Positions 63,439 through 64,000 of a DNA stretch of 64,000 nt are shown piece after piece. This DNA is from Nemertoderma westbladi (taxonomy: Eukaryota; Animalia; Xenacoelomorpha): NCBI GenBank assembly GCA_032718475.1, contig JAUCBJ010001771.1, positions 1 through 64,000 on the forward strand, given 5' to 3'. The first letter of the stretch is position 1, and each line of letters starts with the position of its first letter. Made by a program: the position numbers and the translations under genes. The notes beneath the pieces were generated by a model. That model had not been told where the DNA came from. It ran no database searches and worked only from the letters and a program-made list of their open reading frames with translations.

Positions 63439-64000
63439 AATAAAATAATATTCTACATCGCTTAGTCATATTAATTCATTATCGACATTATTGGTCACAT
63501 TTATATAATTATATCGTGATATTTCTTTAATATCGACTTTTTTTAATTGTGCTAAATCAAATTACAAAATTGCATCTGCTTGTTTTACATTGTATTAATA
63601 TTACTACTACTCTGCCCCCCCCCCCCCCCTCCCCCCACTGTGACCGTATTCTAGCATGCAATAAATATAATATCGAACCTGTCTTTAAACTGGGTGGGTT
63701 TAGACTAGACCTGAGGCCTGCAAAAACACGGGGATAAATATATGTGTGTATGCGGGGCGAGCCACGAAAGTAAGCGAGCTTAGTATAAGGGTACCACTAC
63801 TAACTCAATCGGTGTGTCTGTTGATCTATTGTGTCCAATTTTAAACGTTAATACCTCACCAATCCACGATGAAATCTAACTAAAGTTAGTGTTTGTTACT
63901 TAAGTTAGTGTTGTTTGGCAAAAGTTTAGAAATATTTTGCGTGTGGCCTTCAAGAAGCTAAGATAAGAAGCTGTAATGTAGCAGTGTAGTGTAAGGAGCC

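Overview
Eukaryotic DNA, most likely from an invertebrate metazoan: AT-rich, transposon-dense and intron-poor. It holds three conserved host genes: DDRGK1 (intronless, -), a HOOK-family dynein adaptor (3 exons, +) and MRE11 (2 exons, +). The window is dominated by two related, oppositely oriented BEL/Pao LTR retrotransposons, E1 (3613-18885, +) and E2 (46552-58335, -, 5-bp TSD GTTAC). Comparing the two copies suggests an unusually complex, retrovirus-like element with four notable traits. (i) There is no TGG-type tRNA primer-binding site. Instead the 12-13 nt after the 5' LTR are complementary to a site inside the LTR, with a compensatory change between copies, which suggests Tf1-style self-priming. 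(ii) Two conserved non-env accessory ORFs lie downstream of pol: a ~125-aa protein, and a ~282-aa protein with two CCHC-type motifs and a basic tail. (iii) A ~155-nt co-varying RNA stem-loop sits just upstream of those ORFs. (iv) The U3 regions are unrelated between copies. The intergenic space contains a solo LTR, a P-element derivative (27-bp TIR, 8-bp TSD, THAP remnant), three CAGTC-terminated cargo-carrying TIR elements with 5-bp TSDs, nested MITEs, a Helentron/HINE-like element, tRNA-derived SINEs, a 62-bp satellite, and an ISL2EU-like remnant in the MRE11 intron. All alignments, counts and folds were done by eye; no database search was run.
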